Below, one piece after another: positions 26,223 through 35,641 of a stretch of 48,574 nt of DNA. The notes beneath the pieces are model-generated. The model made no database searches. It worked only from the letters and a program-made list of their open reading frames with translations, and was not told where the DNA came from. The DNA lies in sequence record SRR22947725_605. One strand, 5' to 3'. The translations under genes and the position numbers were made by a program. Each line of letters starts with the position of its first letter. The stretch's first letter is position 1.

Positions 26223-27006
26223 TTTAATTATAGGTCCATGTCAACACGAATCTTTAGATCATTCGAAATTTTTACTTGAACAGATAGTTCGCGCTACTGA
26301 AGGTAAATGTAAAAGATTAATTTTTAAAGCTAGTTTTGATAAAGCTAATAGAACCTCTATTACAAGTAAAAGAGGTATTGGTATTGAAGAGACTTTAATT
26401 GATTTTTCAGCGCTTAAACTATGTTTTCCTAATGTTAGTTTTTTAACTGATGTTCATGAAGTTAGTCAAATAGATTATATTGAAAAAGAAGGGCATGAAA
26501 TAGATGTTATTCAAATTCCCGCTTTTCTTTGTAGACAAACCGATCTCATAAAAAGAGCATGTGAAACCGACAAAGTAGTAAATATTAAAAAAGGACAGTT
26601 TTTAGCTCCTTGGGATGTAGGCGGAATTCTTTCTAAGACCGAAAAAGCTAAAGATGTCTGGATTACTGAGAGAGGTACGAGTTTTGGATATAATACATTG
26701 GTTAATGATTTCACTGGTATGCAATATATTATTGATAACTACCCTAGTTTGTTCGTTTTTGATGTTACGCACAGCGTTCAAAAACCTGGAGGAAAAGGTA
26801 CATCATCTGGTGGCAACCGTGACTACGTTCCGAGATTAGCTAACGCAGCTGCAGGAATGGGAGTAGAAAATTTCTTTTTAGAAATTCACGATGATCCGGA
26901 TAATGCTCCTTCTGATGGTGCTAATGCTTTGGATGTAAAAGATCTTAAAAATGTAATTAATAAAATGAATGAAATAGGAGAAGCTGCATGGCGGACGTAT
27001 ACTTAG
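26209..27006 (+). CDS. kdsA: KDO-8-phosphate synthase
   Basis: GPCQHES, FKASFDKANRTS, QIPAFLCRQTDL, KKGQFLAP, ERG.SFGY, DVTHSVQ, APSDG. Confidence 0.96.
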   Translation: MMLNNLIIGPCQHESLDHSKFLLEQIVRATEGKCKRLIFKASFDKANRTSITSKRGIGIEETLIDFSALKLCFPNVSFLTDVHEVSQIDYIEKEGHEIDVIQIPAFLCRQTDLIKRACETDKVVNIKKGQFLAPWDVGGILSKTEKAKDVWITERGTSFGYNTLVNDFTGMQYIIDNYPSLFVFDVTHSVQKPGGKGTSSGGNRDYVPRLANAAAGMGVENFFLEIHDDPDNAPSDGANALDVKDLKNVINKMNEIGEAAWRTYT

Positions 27007-27515
27007 GTACTTGGAACCAATGCGCTCCATATATACAAAATTTTCGTAGAGGAATAGACGTAGGTTTTAGAGGTGGAGATTTTGCAAAATATATGATGCC
27101 GGCTTTTGACGATGTTATAGGTTTTGAGTTTAGGATTAAAAAAAAATTTAAAGTAGAAAATTTAATTGCTTATGCAATAGCACTAGGAGATTCAGATTAT
27201 ACAGCTTATACTAATTTTAAAGCTGGTAGGATTAAAGGAAAAGGCGATAGAGCAGTTAGAGTAAAAACTTTAGATCAATTTAACTATAACGATGTAGACT
27301 TTATAAAAATTGATGTAGAAGGGTGGGAACCTAAAGTATTAAGAGGAGCTAAGAAAACTATAGATCGATGCAATCCTGTAATATGCGTTGAAATTAATAA
27401 AGGAGATAATGAATCCCAATGGTTACTAGAAAGTTGGGGTTATGAACTTAAAGAAATTGATCACTTACAAGGTCATGATTATATTTTTGTAAGAGAAGAT
27501 TGGGAGCCAGAATAA
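26988..27515 (+). CDS. FkbM-family methyltransferase
   Basis: IDVG, TLD...VDFIKIDVEGWE..VL.GA..TI...P.I.VE. Confidence 0.85.
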   Translation: MADVYLGTWNQCAPYIQNFRRGIDVGFRGGDFAKYMMPAFDDVIGFEFRIKKKFKVENLIAYAIALGDSDYTAYTNFKAGRIKGKGDRAVRVKTLDQFNYNDVDFIKIDVEGWEPKVLRGAKKTIDRCNPVICVEINKGDNESQWLLESWGYELKEIDHLQGHDYIFVREDWEPE

Positions 27516-27865
27516 TGAAAGCAGGAAAAATATGGGGACAAACAGAACTTATACATGCAAATGGAGTTCTTGAGTTTCATAGAATAGAATTTAAAAAAGG
27601 ATTCAAATGTAGTGAACATGAACACCAGTTTAAGTGGAACGGTTTTTACGTTGAATCAGGTCAAATGATAGTTAGAGTTTGGCAAAATGGAGAACAAGAT
27701 GGTTTAGTAGATGAAACTATTCTTAATCCAGGAGATTTTACTCAGGTTAAACCTGGAAAGATCCATCAGTTTGAAGGTTTAGAAGACGGAGTAGCTTTTG
27801 AATTATATTGGGCTGAGTTTAACCATGATGATATAGTTAGACGAACAATTGGCACAAAAACTTAA
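27515..27865 (+). CDS. Cupin-fold protein (sugar isomerase-like)
   Basis: KIWG, CSEHEH..K...FYVESG, VKPGKIHQF. Confidence 0.8.
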   Translation: MKAGKIWGQTELIHANGVLEFHRIEFKKGFKCSEHEHQFKWNGFYVESGQMIVRVWQNGEQDGLVDETILNPGDFTQVKPGKIHQFEGLEDGVAFELYWAEFNHDDIVRRTIGTKT

Positions 27866-28862
27866 AGTCTTTATAACTGGAGTAGGTGGATTTTTAGGTC
27901 ATCACTTAGCAGTTAGAATGTATGAGCTAGGATACGATGTTGCCGGCAACGATACATTTGTAGGAGGAGAAGAAGATAATGTTCCAGAATTCGTCGATTT
28001 TCACCTCGTTGATTGTTGTGATTTCAAAGGTATGGAAAAAGCAATGGAAGGTTGTAGTCTTCTTTATCATTGTGCTGCTACTGCTCATGAAGGCTTATCT
28101 GTATTCTCTCCTAGTTTCATCACAAGAAACATCTTTGAAGCTTCAGTCACAAGTTTCTCAGCTGCAATCTCAGCTGGAGTCAAAAGAATTGTCTTTTGTA
28201 CGAGCATGGCAAGATATGGTAACCAAACAGCACCGTTCACAGAAGACATGCAACCCCAGCCAGTTGATCCTTATGGAATTGCAAAAGTCGCGGCTGAAGA
28301 GGTGCTTAAAGTCCTTGGAAAAGTACACCAAGTAGAATGGAATATAGCTGTTCCTCATAATATAGTTGGAGAGCATCAAAAATATGATGATCCTTTTCGT
28401 AATGTTATGTCAATAATGCTTAATAGAAACTTACAAAATAAACCAGCTATAATATATGGAGACGGTACTCAGACCAGATGTTTTAGTTATGTTGGTGATT
28501 GTATACAATGTCTAGAAAGAATAGGTACAAATGAAAACATTACTTACGAAACTATTAATATCGGTCCTGATGAGGAGTCTATTACCATCAACGATCTTGC
28601 TGCTCTTTGTTCGAATGAATCAGGTTTCAATGGAGCGCCAATATACTACACGCAAGGTAGACCTCAAGAAGTAAAACATGCTACATGCTCTTCTGATAAA
28701 GCTAGAAAATTGTTAAATTATAAAACAACAACTACAGTAAAAGAAGCAGTTAAAAAGACTGCAGATTGGATTAGAAAAAATCCTAAACCTTTTAAGTATC
28801 ATCTACCATTAGAGATTATAAACGATAAAACTCCTAAGACATGGACTGAGAAAAGAATATGA
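27849..28862 (+). CDS. NAD-dependent nucleotide-sugar epimerase/dehydratase
   Basis: ITGVGGFLG, YGIAK (YxxxK), IYGDGTQTRCFSYV. Confidence 0.93.
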   Translation: MAQKLKVFITGVGGFLGHHLAVRMYELGYDVAGNDTFVGGEEDNVPEFVDFHLVDCCDFKGMEKAMEGCSLLYHCAATAHEGLSVFSPSFITRNIFEASVTSFSAAISAGVKRIVFCTSMARYGNQTAPFTEDMQPQPVDPYGIAKVAAEEVLKVLGKVHQVEWNIAVPHNIVGEHQKYDDPFRNVMSIMLNRNLQNKPAIIYGDGTQTRCFSYVGDCIQCLERIGTNENITYETINIGPDEESITINDLAALCSNESGFNGAPIYYTQGRPQEVKHATCSSDKARKLLNYKTTTTVKEAVKKTADWIRKNPKPFKYHLPLEIINDKTPKTWTEKRI

Positions 28863-29506
28863 TAAGTATATGTGTTCCATCTAGAGGAAGACCAGAGAAG
28901 TGTGCAAGAATGGTAGAATCATTTAAAGATACTACTAAGGGTGATATAGAATTTCAAATTTATATAAATCAAAATGACCCGTGTTTAGCGGATTATCGAA
29001 AGTTAATTCCAAAAAATTATTTACATATAGGCTTAGAGTTTTATGCTAACCATGGATGGAATATCGCTTCTAGTAGAGCTAAAGGTGACATTCTTTTTAT
29101 GTCAGGTGATGCAGAGATAATGCAAACAAATAACTGGGATGATATAGTTTATGAAGAAGCAAAAAAGTATCCTATAAGTGTTATTGTACCTGATGATGGT
29201 AGAGGTAAAGGAGGAGCTCCTCACTTTATGGTAACTAGACAATGGTATGATCTATTAGGATACATGTCACATCCAATGTTTTTACATTGGTATGTAGATA
29301 CTTACGCAGTAGAGTTAGCTAAGGCAGCCAACGTTCTACGAAGGGTAAACATAGTATATAAAGCAGAAAAGATAAGTTCAGATAAAACTGCACAATTATC
29401 TAGACAAAATAAAATAACTAAAAGAGACGATATGGCTTTTGAATGGGCTAAAAAGTATCTTATACCTATGGAGAGAGAAAAAATTGAACGCGCAATACAG
29501 TCATAA
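28859..29506 (+). CDS. GT2-like glycosyltransferase
   Basis: ISICVPSRGRP, WN.....AKGDIL, HWYVD. Confidence 0.78.
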   Translation: MISICVPSRGRPEKCARMVESFKDTTKGDIEFQIYINQNDPCLADYRKLIPKNYLHIGLEFYANHGWNIASSRAKGDILFMSGDAEIMQTNNWDDIVYEEAKKYPISVIVPDDGRGKGGAPHFMVTRQWYDLLGYMSHPMFLHWYVDTYAVELAKAANVLRRVNIVYKAEKISSDKTAQLSRQNKITKRDDMAFEWAKKYLIPMEREKIERAIQS

Positions 29507-30122
29507 AGCTACAGGTATAGATAAAACTGATTACGAAAAACCAGAAATGGAAGAGATTTTTGAAGACGTCTATAAAACTAATAGATGGAGAAAAGCTCAA
29601 GGAGCTGGTTCTGGTTCTATTCCTGATAACGCAAAGGTATGGTTCAGGTATCTATTCAAAGCTTTAAGAAAACATAAACCTATTACAGTACATGATTTTG
29701 GATGTGGTCCTTATTTTTTATATAAAGACATTGAATGGCCTGATGAAATAAGATATACAGGATATGATGTAAGTGATACAGCTTTAGAAAGAGCTGAACT
29801 TAATTGTACTAATCCTAGAGCAGAATTTATTAAACTTACTGATTGGAACGATCTTCCTGGAGGTAATTTAATTATTGTAAAAGAAGTGCTACAACATTGG
29901 CCACATAGGCATAGAGAGGAATTCTTAGTTTCTCTACAGAATAAATATAAGTGGGTACTGGTACAAGGTGACTTATATGCTACTGTACCACCTGACTATA
30001 AATTTGGTTTAGTTGCTCACGAAGAGTACCCGCATGAAAAAAATAACCAACATACAGTTGGAATATGGAAGTTTAATAATGACCCAGAAGATCGTCTACC
30101 TACATCGCAAAGACCAAAATAA
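29484..30122 (+). CDS. Class I SAM-dependent methyltransferase
   Basis: FEDVY..NRW...GSGS, HDFGCG, YTGYDVS, KEVLQHW. Start codon uncertain. Confidence 0.8.
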   Translation: MNAQYSHKATGIDKTDYEKPEMEEIFEDVYKTNRWRKAQGAGSGSIPDNAKVWFRYLFKALRKHKPITVHDFGCGPYFLYKDIEWPDEIRYTGYDVSDTALERAELNCTNPRAEFIKLTDWNDLPGGNLIIVKEVLQHWPHRHREEFLVSLQNKYKWVLVQGDLYATVPPDYKFGLVAHEEYPHEKNNQHTVGIWKFNNDPEDRLPTSQRPK

Positions 30123-30825
30123 TCCAGGAGATTGGTGGTCTTCACCTCATCATTATTTCCCTAACTACAAAGGTCAAGTTATTGATATGCTTGACAATCC
30201 AGAATTTATTGAATGTGATTTATTAATTGTTGGCGGAGGTGGTTTATTTTCAACTGCTGACTGGATGAAAAAATTATGGCTTTGGGATACAAGAATAAAA
30301 GCTAAGAAAAAAATAATATGGGGAGCTGGACTCGATGAAGAATTCTTTACGCATCCTATATTCAATTCGTTCGATCACGTTGGCATTAGACAAAAAAATA
30401 CTCCATTTAAATTTGTGCCCTGTGTATCTTGTCTAAATCCTTTATTAGATAATAATAAAGATGTAAGAGGTAATGATTTAGATACTATGACAAATGAAGA
30501 TAAAATAAATTTATCTAGGTCTGGTTCATTAGGTACTTTAATAGTTGGTTCAGGTAATGGAAAAAGAGCTATTGAAGGTCAACATATGAGTAACTTTAAT
30601 AAAATGAATGTAGTTATCAATCAGTTAAAATTACATAAAAAAATTATTACATCTTCTTATCATGTATACTACTGGGGCAAGTTACTAGAAAAGAATATAA
30701 AGATCGACTATAAAAGTAAATATAGAAAGCCTTTAGGTGAAAAATTTTATAATATTCCTGAGAATATAAACCTAAAGCATTATAGAGAATTGAATATGGA
30801 TTTTGCGAAGTTAGTTTATGGTTAA
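30079..30825 (+). CDS. Polysaccharide pyruvyltransferase-like protein
   Basis: NPGD, LIVGGGGL, IIWGAG, GIR, ITSSYH. Confidence 0.72.
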   Translation: MTQKIVYLHRKDQNNPGDWWSSPHHYFPNYKGQVIDMLDNPEFIECDLLIVGGGGLFSTADWMKKLWLWDTRIKAKKKIIWGAGLDEEFFTHPIFNSFDHVGIRQKNTPFKFVPCVSCLNPLLDNNKDVRGNDLDTMTNEDKINLSRSGSLGTLIVGSGNGKRAIEGQHMSNFNKMNVVINQLKLHKKIITSSYHVYYWGKLLEKNIKIDYKSKYRKPLGEKFYNIPENINLKHYRELNMDFAKLVYG

Positions 30826-31513
30826 TGTAGTTTGTGTAAACTGGGGTACGAAATATAGTGCAGAGTATACACATAGATTGTATAATATGGTTAAAAGAAA
30901 CTCTACTAAAGAGTTCTCTTTTTATGTCTTAACAGATCAGGTTGATCTTTATCCTAATTATATTCCTTGTGAGTTAAATACTGATGAAGTAGGTTGGTGG
31001 AACAAACTTCAAATGTTTAAACCCGGAGTGTTACCAGATGGCGAATACTTATACTTTGATCTTGACGTTGTTATTGTTGATAATGTCGATTGTTTCTTTG
31101 AGCATCAATCCTTTGCTGTTATTAGAGATTTTATCAGGCCTGACAACGGTCTTCTCCCCGGAAAAGAATATAATTCCTCTGCTATAAGATTTAATACTAA
31201 AAACTCAGCAGGAATATATTCCTATTATATGAGTAATTATAAAATGTGGCATGAGTATCAAAAAAAGATAAACTTTTTTGGAGATCAAAATGTTATATCG
31301 AGTTACTGCAATTATTATCCTGAGTTTCTTAATGTTTTTCCTGATGAGTGGTTGTGGAGCTATAAAAAAGGAATCGATAGAGGTAAACACGCAGGTGATC
31401 GTTCTCAAATGTTCGGTAGAGAAATACCTAATGGAGCTAAAGTGTGTATATTTCACGGATCCCCTAATCCAACAGAAGTGAGTGAAGAATGGGTGAAGAA
31501 AAACTATTTGTAA
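30818..31513 (+). CDS. GT-A glycosyltransferase
   Basis: VCVNWGTKYS, GWWNKLQMF, YFDLDVVI, NSS, GDQ, IFHG.PNP. Confidence 0.85.
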   Translation: MVNVVCVNWGTKYSAEYTHRLYNMVKRNSTKEFSFYVLTDQVDLYPNYIPCELNTDEVGWWNKLQMFKPGVLPDGEYLYFDLDVVIVDNVDCFFEHQSFAVIRDFIRPDNGLLPGKEYNSSAIRFNTKNSAGIYSYYMSNYKMWHEYQKKINFFGDQNVISSYCNYYPEFLNVFPDEWLWSYKKGIDRGKHAGDRSQMFGREIPNGAKVCIFHGSPNPTEVSEEWVKKNYL

Positions 31514-31743
31514 GAAGAACTACAAGTACAGAAACAGATAAAGGTGTACAACAATCTAATATTCAAATATACTTTTATGAATCAATTGATCTAGCTTGGA
31601 CATATTTTAGAGAGATAATGTCAGAAGATGAATGGCAAAAGCAGATAGATAATGGTGAAGGTTTTTATATTGTAAACGGAGAGGGTTATGTCAACTTCAT
31701 TTTCCTCGAAACGAGGAAAGTATCAGTACCAGCTACAACCTAG
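31489..31743 (+). CDS. Hypothetical protein
   Basis: 84-aa ORF that tiles the operon. Confidence 0.5.
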   Translation: MGEEKLFVRRTTSTETDKGVQQSNIQIYFYESIDLAWTYFREIMSEDEWQKQIDNGEGFYIVNGEGYVNFIFLETRKVSVPATT

Positions 31744-31870
31744 TATATATGGAGATACAGGTTGGTACATCTATGAATTTAGTCCTAAGGGTGATTTTAA
31801 AATGATAGGTCCGTATTTAACTCCAGAAGAAGCAGAAGCAGATTTAAGGAATTTAGAAAATGAAGCGTGA
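31688..31870 (+). CDS. Hypothetical protein
   Basis: GAGG RBS; 60 aa with GWY...GPY.T.EEAE. Confidence 0.55.
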   Translation: MSTSFSSKRGKYQYQLQPSIYGDTGWYIYEFSPKGDFKMIGPYLTPEEAEADLRNLENEA

Positions 31871-32849
31871 CATATACATTACATCAGGTTGTAGTTATTC
31901 AGATCCAGATTTTAAACATATAGATCCAAATTATACTGTTGAGTATGATATGTGGATGGCTCACCTAAGAAAAAAATTAGGAATTAAAGAAGATAAATGG
32001 TTTGACTTAGGTAAAGGCGGTGCATGTAATAGATGGATTTTTAATTCGATCATAAGAAAATGTACCGAAGTAGGTGAAAGTAATGTTAAAGCTATCTTTG
32101 TATCATGGAGTGGTTTTGATAGATATACTATACCTTGTACAGAAATAAAAACTAATCTAACTTATGAATTGTTAAACTGGAGTGAGATTACCTCTGGTAA
32201 ACCTATTACATCTATGTTTCAAGTTTATAAATCTTACTTTGTTCAAGATGAAGATTACGATAAACAATATAAATTACTTCAAAAAATAAAAAATTTAGAT
32301 GACGTTGATAACATAGATAACTTTCTGATGTTTAAAAAAGAAGTTATGAAAAAAACTTGGGAAGACATGGGAATGAATTTTGCAGCTTCTGCTAAGAGAA
32401 TGTTTACTGACCATGGTTTAGATATTATGTTTAGTGATAACTTAGGTTATATGTATGCTCTATTTCAATATGCTAAATCTATTGGTGCTCAAATTATAGC
32501 TGCTCAAGGAGTCTTCCCTATATCAGTATGGGAACTTAATAGATTAGTACAAATGGGATTCATACAAAGACTTAGAATAAACAAAGGTTGGAATAGCGAA
32601 CTATCAAAACTTCTCCTTACAAACTTTGAAAACAAACCTAGAAAAATCAGTTATATATTAGATAAAGAAAAGAAACACTTTATAGGTTGGCCTTTTTATA
32701 GACACTTAGGAGGAGATACCTTTTGTGATTTAATAACAGAAAAAGAATTACTTATTTCAGAGTTAGATGGTCATCCTAATAAAGAAGGAAATGAGTTAAT
32801 TGGAAATATTTTTTATGAAAGGTATAAAGATGTTTATACATTGGCTTAG
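31860..32849 (+). CDS. SGNH-hydrolase-like protein
   Basis: N-terminal GCSYS, G.CN, C-terminal DGHPNKEG. Confidence 0.6.
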   Translation: MKRDIYITSGCSYSDPDFKHIDPNYTVEYDMWMAHLRKKLGIKEDKWFDLGKGGACNRWIFNSIIRKCTEVGESNVKAIFVSWSGFDRYTIPCTEIKTNLTYELLNWSEITSGKPITSMFQVYKSYFVQDEDYDKQYKLLQKIKNLDDVDNIDNFLMFKKEVMKKTWEDMGMNFAASAKRMFTDHGLDIMFSDNLGYMYALFQYAKSIGAQIIAAQGVFPISVWELNRLVQMGFIQRLRINKGWNSELSKLLLTNFENKPRKISYILDKEKKHFIGWPFYRHLGGDTFCDLITEKELLISELDGHPNKEGNELIGNIFYERYKDVYTLA

Positions 32850-32922
32850 ATTTAGAATGTGGTTTAAAGGACTCTTTAAGAAGAAAAACGATAAGAAACA
32901 AAATCCATATATCTATCATTGA
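32830..32922 (+). CDS. 30-aa basic peptide (MFIHWLRFRMWFKGLFKKKNDKKQNPYIYH), absent from the ORF track
   Basis: Fills the gap after the SGNH-like gene; AAGG upstream; amphipathic basic helix ending NPYIY. Confidence 0.5.
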   Translation: MFIHWLRFRMWFKGLFKKKNDKKQNPYIYH

Positions 32923-32947
32923 CTATAACAATATTAAGGATAATAAA

Positions 32948-33196
32948 ATGACAGAATTTACATCAGGAATTTTTGAAGTAATAAAAAGATTAATAGGCGG
33001 AAGTAGTATATCTCTAGCTATTGTCTACACACTAGGTCATATTGTAATAGCTATGACTGTTGTTAGTACAATGACAGGAGCAAGTATATGGGAAGCTGGC
33101 CTTGTTGCATTAGTAGAGCCTGCAATTAACGGTGTTTGGTTTTATATACTACATTCAATTTATAAAAAAATGACTAGTAACAGCATAGTAAAATGA
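32948..33196 (+). CDS. Small membrane protein (DUF2061-like)
   Basis: IVYTLGHIVIAM...ALVEPAINGVWFYILH; AAGGA RBS. Confidence 0.7.
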   Translation: MTEFTSGIFEVIKRLIGGSSISLAIVYTLGHIVIAMTVVSTMTGASIWEAGLVALVEPAINGVWFYILHSIYKKMTSNSIVK

Positions 33197-33453
33197 AGTG
33201 GTACATTATAGCATTATTATATCTTCAACCTAACGTTGAACCTCATGTTGTGGTTAACAGTGATTATATTTTTAAATCATATAAAACATGTCATGAGTTT
33301 ATGGTAAAGCAACAATGGAATCTCAGAGATACGTTAATACAAAGGTACCCTCAGTTAGATAGTCATGAGAAACATTATAGTATGAGATGTGTAAGTGAAG
33401 AAGGTGCTTTAGAAATATACAATAGTCTTAAAAATAAAGGTCAAGATATTTGA
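33193..33453 (+). CDS. Hypothetical exported protein
   Basis: Hydrophobic N-terminus; two Cys (FKSYKTC, MRCV). Confidence 0.6.
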   Translation: MKWYIIALLYLQPNVEPHVVVNSDYIFKSYKTCHEFMVKQQWNLRDTLIQRYPQLDSHEKHYSMRCVSEEGALEIYNSLKNKGQDI

Positions 33454-34196
33454 AAACTCTTTTAATTCAAATTGATATATTCCAAGATCAGTATACAGAT
33501 ATTGAAGATAGAACTACAGCTACAGCATCCGTATTAAAAGAAAGAAATGACGATGTTAAATCTAAGTCAGTTATTTTTAGTGGAGCAGCCGCACAGAGAT
33601 TTGGTTGGGATTATACTTTAGAAGGTAAGAGAGAAACTAAACATAGATCTCCTTGCTTTGAAATATTTAAAATTTTTAGAGATGATAAGTACCTTGAATA
33701 TGATAGAATATTGTATTTAGATACAGATGTATATTATTACCCAGACAGTCCTAATATTATTGATTATTACCCAGATGAAGGTTTTCATGCTGTAAGTAGA
33801 TTAGGTAAAATATTTGATGAAGGTAAAGAACCTGATCACTTATCAAGAATTAATAAAAGCCATTTAATAGAAAAATATAGACAAAATTATTTTAATTCTG
33901 GAGTATTACTATTAGATAGAAACACTATACTTAAGATGAAACCTTTTTTATCACATGAACAAATAGAAGAATGGTTAACAGCTAGAGGTCTCTGGTCAGA
34001 TGATCAATCAGCTATTAACATAGCTGCAGTTGAGTCAGGTGTTAACATAGTTCCGATGCATCAGTATTGGAATCAAATGGATAAAAGATATAAAGATGGT
34101 TACATAGTACATCTTAAAGGAAGTATAAAAAATAGATCAAATGTATTTGATGATAGAGCGAAGGAGTATTTAAATGCCGTTTCCAGCAGTAATTGA
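33450..34196 (+). CDS. GT8-like glycosyltransferase
   Basis: YDRILYLDTD, YFNSGVLL, DQSAIN, WN, IVH. Confidence 0.82.
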   Translation: MKTLLIQIDIFQDQYTDIEDRTTATASVLKERNDDVKSKSVIFSGAAAQRFGWDYTLEGKRETKHRSPCFEIFKIFRDDKYLEYDRILYLDTDVYYYPDSPNIIDYYPDEGFHAVSRLGKIFDEGKEPDHLSRINKSHLIEKYRQNYFNSGVLLLDRNTILKMKPFLSHEQIEEWLTARGLWSDDQSAINIAAVESGVNIVPMHQYWNQMDKRYKDGYIVHLKGSIKNRSNVFDDRAKEYLNAVSSSN

Positions 34197-34776
34197 AACA
34201 GAAAAAGATGGAAGAGAAAAAGCTTACGATGTTTATACTCGATTAGCTAAAGATAGAATTTTATTTTTAAATGGTGTAGTAGAAGAAAATATGAGTAATC
34301 ATATAGTAGCTACTTTGTTATGGTTAGAGAGTCAAAACCCTAAAGCACCTATTAATATGTATATAAATTCACCTGGAGGTAGTGTAGTAGCTGGAATGGC
34401 TATCTATGATATTATGATGTATATTCAGTCTCCAATAACTACCATTGTTACTGGTCAAGCAGCTTCGATGGGCTCTTTACTTGCTTGTGCAGGAGCTAAA
34501 AGATTAGTAACTACAAATAGCAGACATATGATTCATCAGCCTCTAGGTGGTGCTTCAGGACAGGCTACTGAAGTAGAAATAGCTTTCAAAGAACTGCAGC
34601 GATGGAAAAAAGTTTTAACTGAAATTTATGTTAGACATACAGGTCATAGTTTTGTAAAACTTGAAAAAGATATGGATAGAGATAACTTTATGACAGCAGC
34701 AGAAGCTGTAGAATATAATTTAGCTGATGAGGTAGTACATGAACGAGTTAGACATGCTGAAAAAAACAATAGCTGA
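34174..34776 (+). CDS. clpP: Clp protease proteolytic subunit
   Basis: YINSPGGSV, GQAASMGS (catalytic Ser), MIHQP (His), DRDNFM (Asp). Confidence 0.96.
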   Translation: MPFPAVIETEKDGREKAYDVYTRLAKDRILFLNGVVEENMSNHIVATLLWLESQNPKAPINMYINSPGGSVVAGMAIYDIMMYIQSPITTIVTGQAASMGSLLACAGAKRLVTTNSRHMIHQPLGGASGQATEVEIAFKELQRWKKVLTEIYVRHTGHSFVKLEKDMDRDNFMTAAEAVEYNLADEVVHERVRHAEKNNS

Positions 34777-34885
34777 TGAAACAGAATATAACCATAAGCT
34801 TCTAATTAGAATAAAAGAATTATCTGAAGAGAATGCTAAACTTAAAGAACAAATAGAAATATTAGAGAAAAAAAAGGGCTTTTGA
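34754..34885 (+). CDS. 43-aa coiled-coil peptide, absent from the ORF track
   Basis: MLKKTIADETEYNHKLLIRIKELSEENAKLKEQIEILEKKKGF; fills the gap up to the terminator. Confidence 0.55.
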   Translation: MLKKTIADETEYNHKLLIRIKELSEENAKLKEQIEILEKKKGF

Positions 34886-34895
34886 GCCCTTTTTT
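34870..34895 (+). terminator. Intrinsic (symmetric) terminator closing the island
   Basis: AAAAAAGGGCT-TTTG-AGCCCTTTTTT. Confidence 0.88.
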
Positions 34896-34935
34896 AGTTG
34901 CCTTTTGACGAGAAGTATACGATAATAAAGTATAA
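34896..34935 (+). promoter_or_regulatory. Early sigma70 promoter P1
   Basis: agTTGCCT-N17-GATAAT-AAAGTATAA. Confidence 0.8.
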
Positions 34936-34953
34936 TAAAGAAAAGGAAATAAA

Positions 34954-35178
34954 ATGACTAGACCAATTTCAGTAGCAAGATTAAAAGCAAATATTTTAAG
35001 CAGTTCTAATAAGCCAGAAATTATTAGAATTTTAGTTGATACTTTACCTTATCAGATTAATAGAGAATTAAAAGAAGAAGTAAAAAAGCAGCTTATTAAA
35101 AGATATGTTATGGTTAAAGAGTTAGAAGCTTCTTTAATAAAGTTTGGAAAAATGGAAAAAAACAGTTGCACTTTGTAG
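34954..35178 (+). CDS. Hypothetical early protein
   Basis: AAGGA RBS behind P1. Confidence 0.7.
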   Translation: MTRPISVARLKANILSSSNKPEIIRILVDTLPYQINRELKEEVKKQLIKRYVMVKELEASLIKFGKMEKNSCTL

Positions 35179-35203
35179 GAAAAGTAGTTATAATAAAGTA
35201 TAA
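35164..35203 (+). promoter_or_regulatory. Early sigma70 promoter P2
   Basis: agTTGCAC-N17-TATAAT-AAAGTATAA. Confidence 0.85.
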
Positions 35204-35226
35204 AATTAGAAAAGAAGGGAAATAAA

Positions 35227-35445
35227 ATGTCAAATACTAAAAGATATATCATGGATTTAGAAGAGAAATTCGAAGATGCTATTATTAAAATAGTTAAGGA
35301 TGCAGATTGTATCGAAGAAGCTGTAAAAAAAGCTGAAGAGCTTAGCAGTAAAGAGTATAACTGGATCGAAGCAGATGTCGTAGGAGAGATGGTCGACTTT
35401 GCTTGGTCAGAAATACAGTCAGAAGGATTCAGACCTTATGTTTAG
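35227..35445 (+). CDS. Hypothetical acidic early protein
   Basis: RBS behind P2; MSNTKRYIMDLEE. Confidence 0.72.
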   Translation: MSNTKRYIMDLEEKFEDAIIKIVKDADCIEEAVKKAEELSSKEYNWIEADVVGEMVDFAWSEIQSEGFRPYV

Positions 35446-35641
35446 TCATAAAGCTGAAGATATCAATACTAAGAATCATCCTTGGGTAGGTATAATTTGG
35501 CCTATCAAAGGATCTAAAGGTAATACTTATAGTGTTGAAATGACTAATCATGGTTTTTCTTGTGATTGTATTGCTTATGCTAAGTGTAAGCATATTAAAG
35601 AAGTTGAAAGTAAGTTTGAAGATGTGGATACGAGCACGTAA
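35438..35641 (+). CDS. SWIM-type zinc-finger protein
   Basis: GSKGNTYSV...SCDC...CKHI. Confidence 0.78.
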   Translation: MFSHKAEDINTKNHPWVGIIWPIKGSKGNTYSVEMTNHGFSCDCIAYAKCKHIKEVESKFEDVDTST

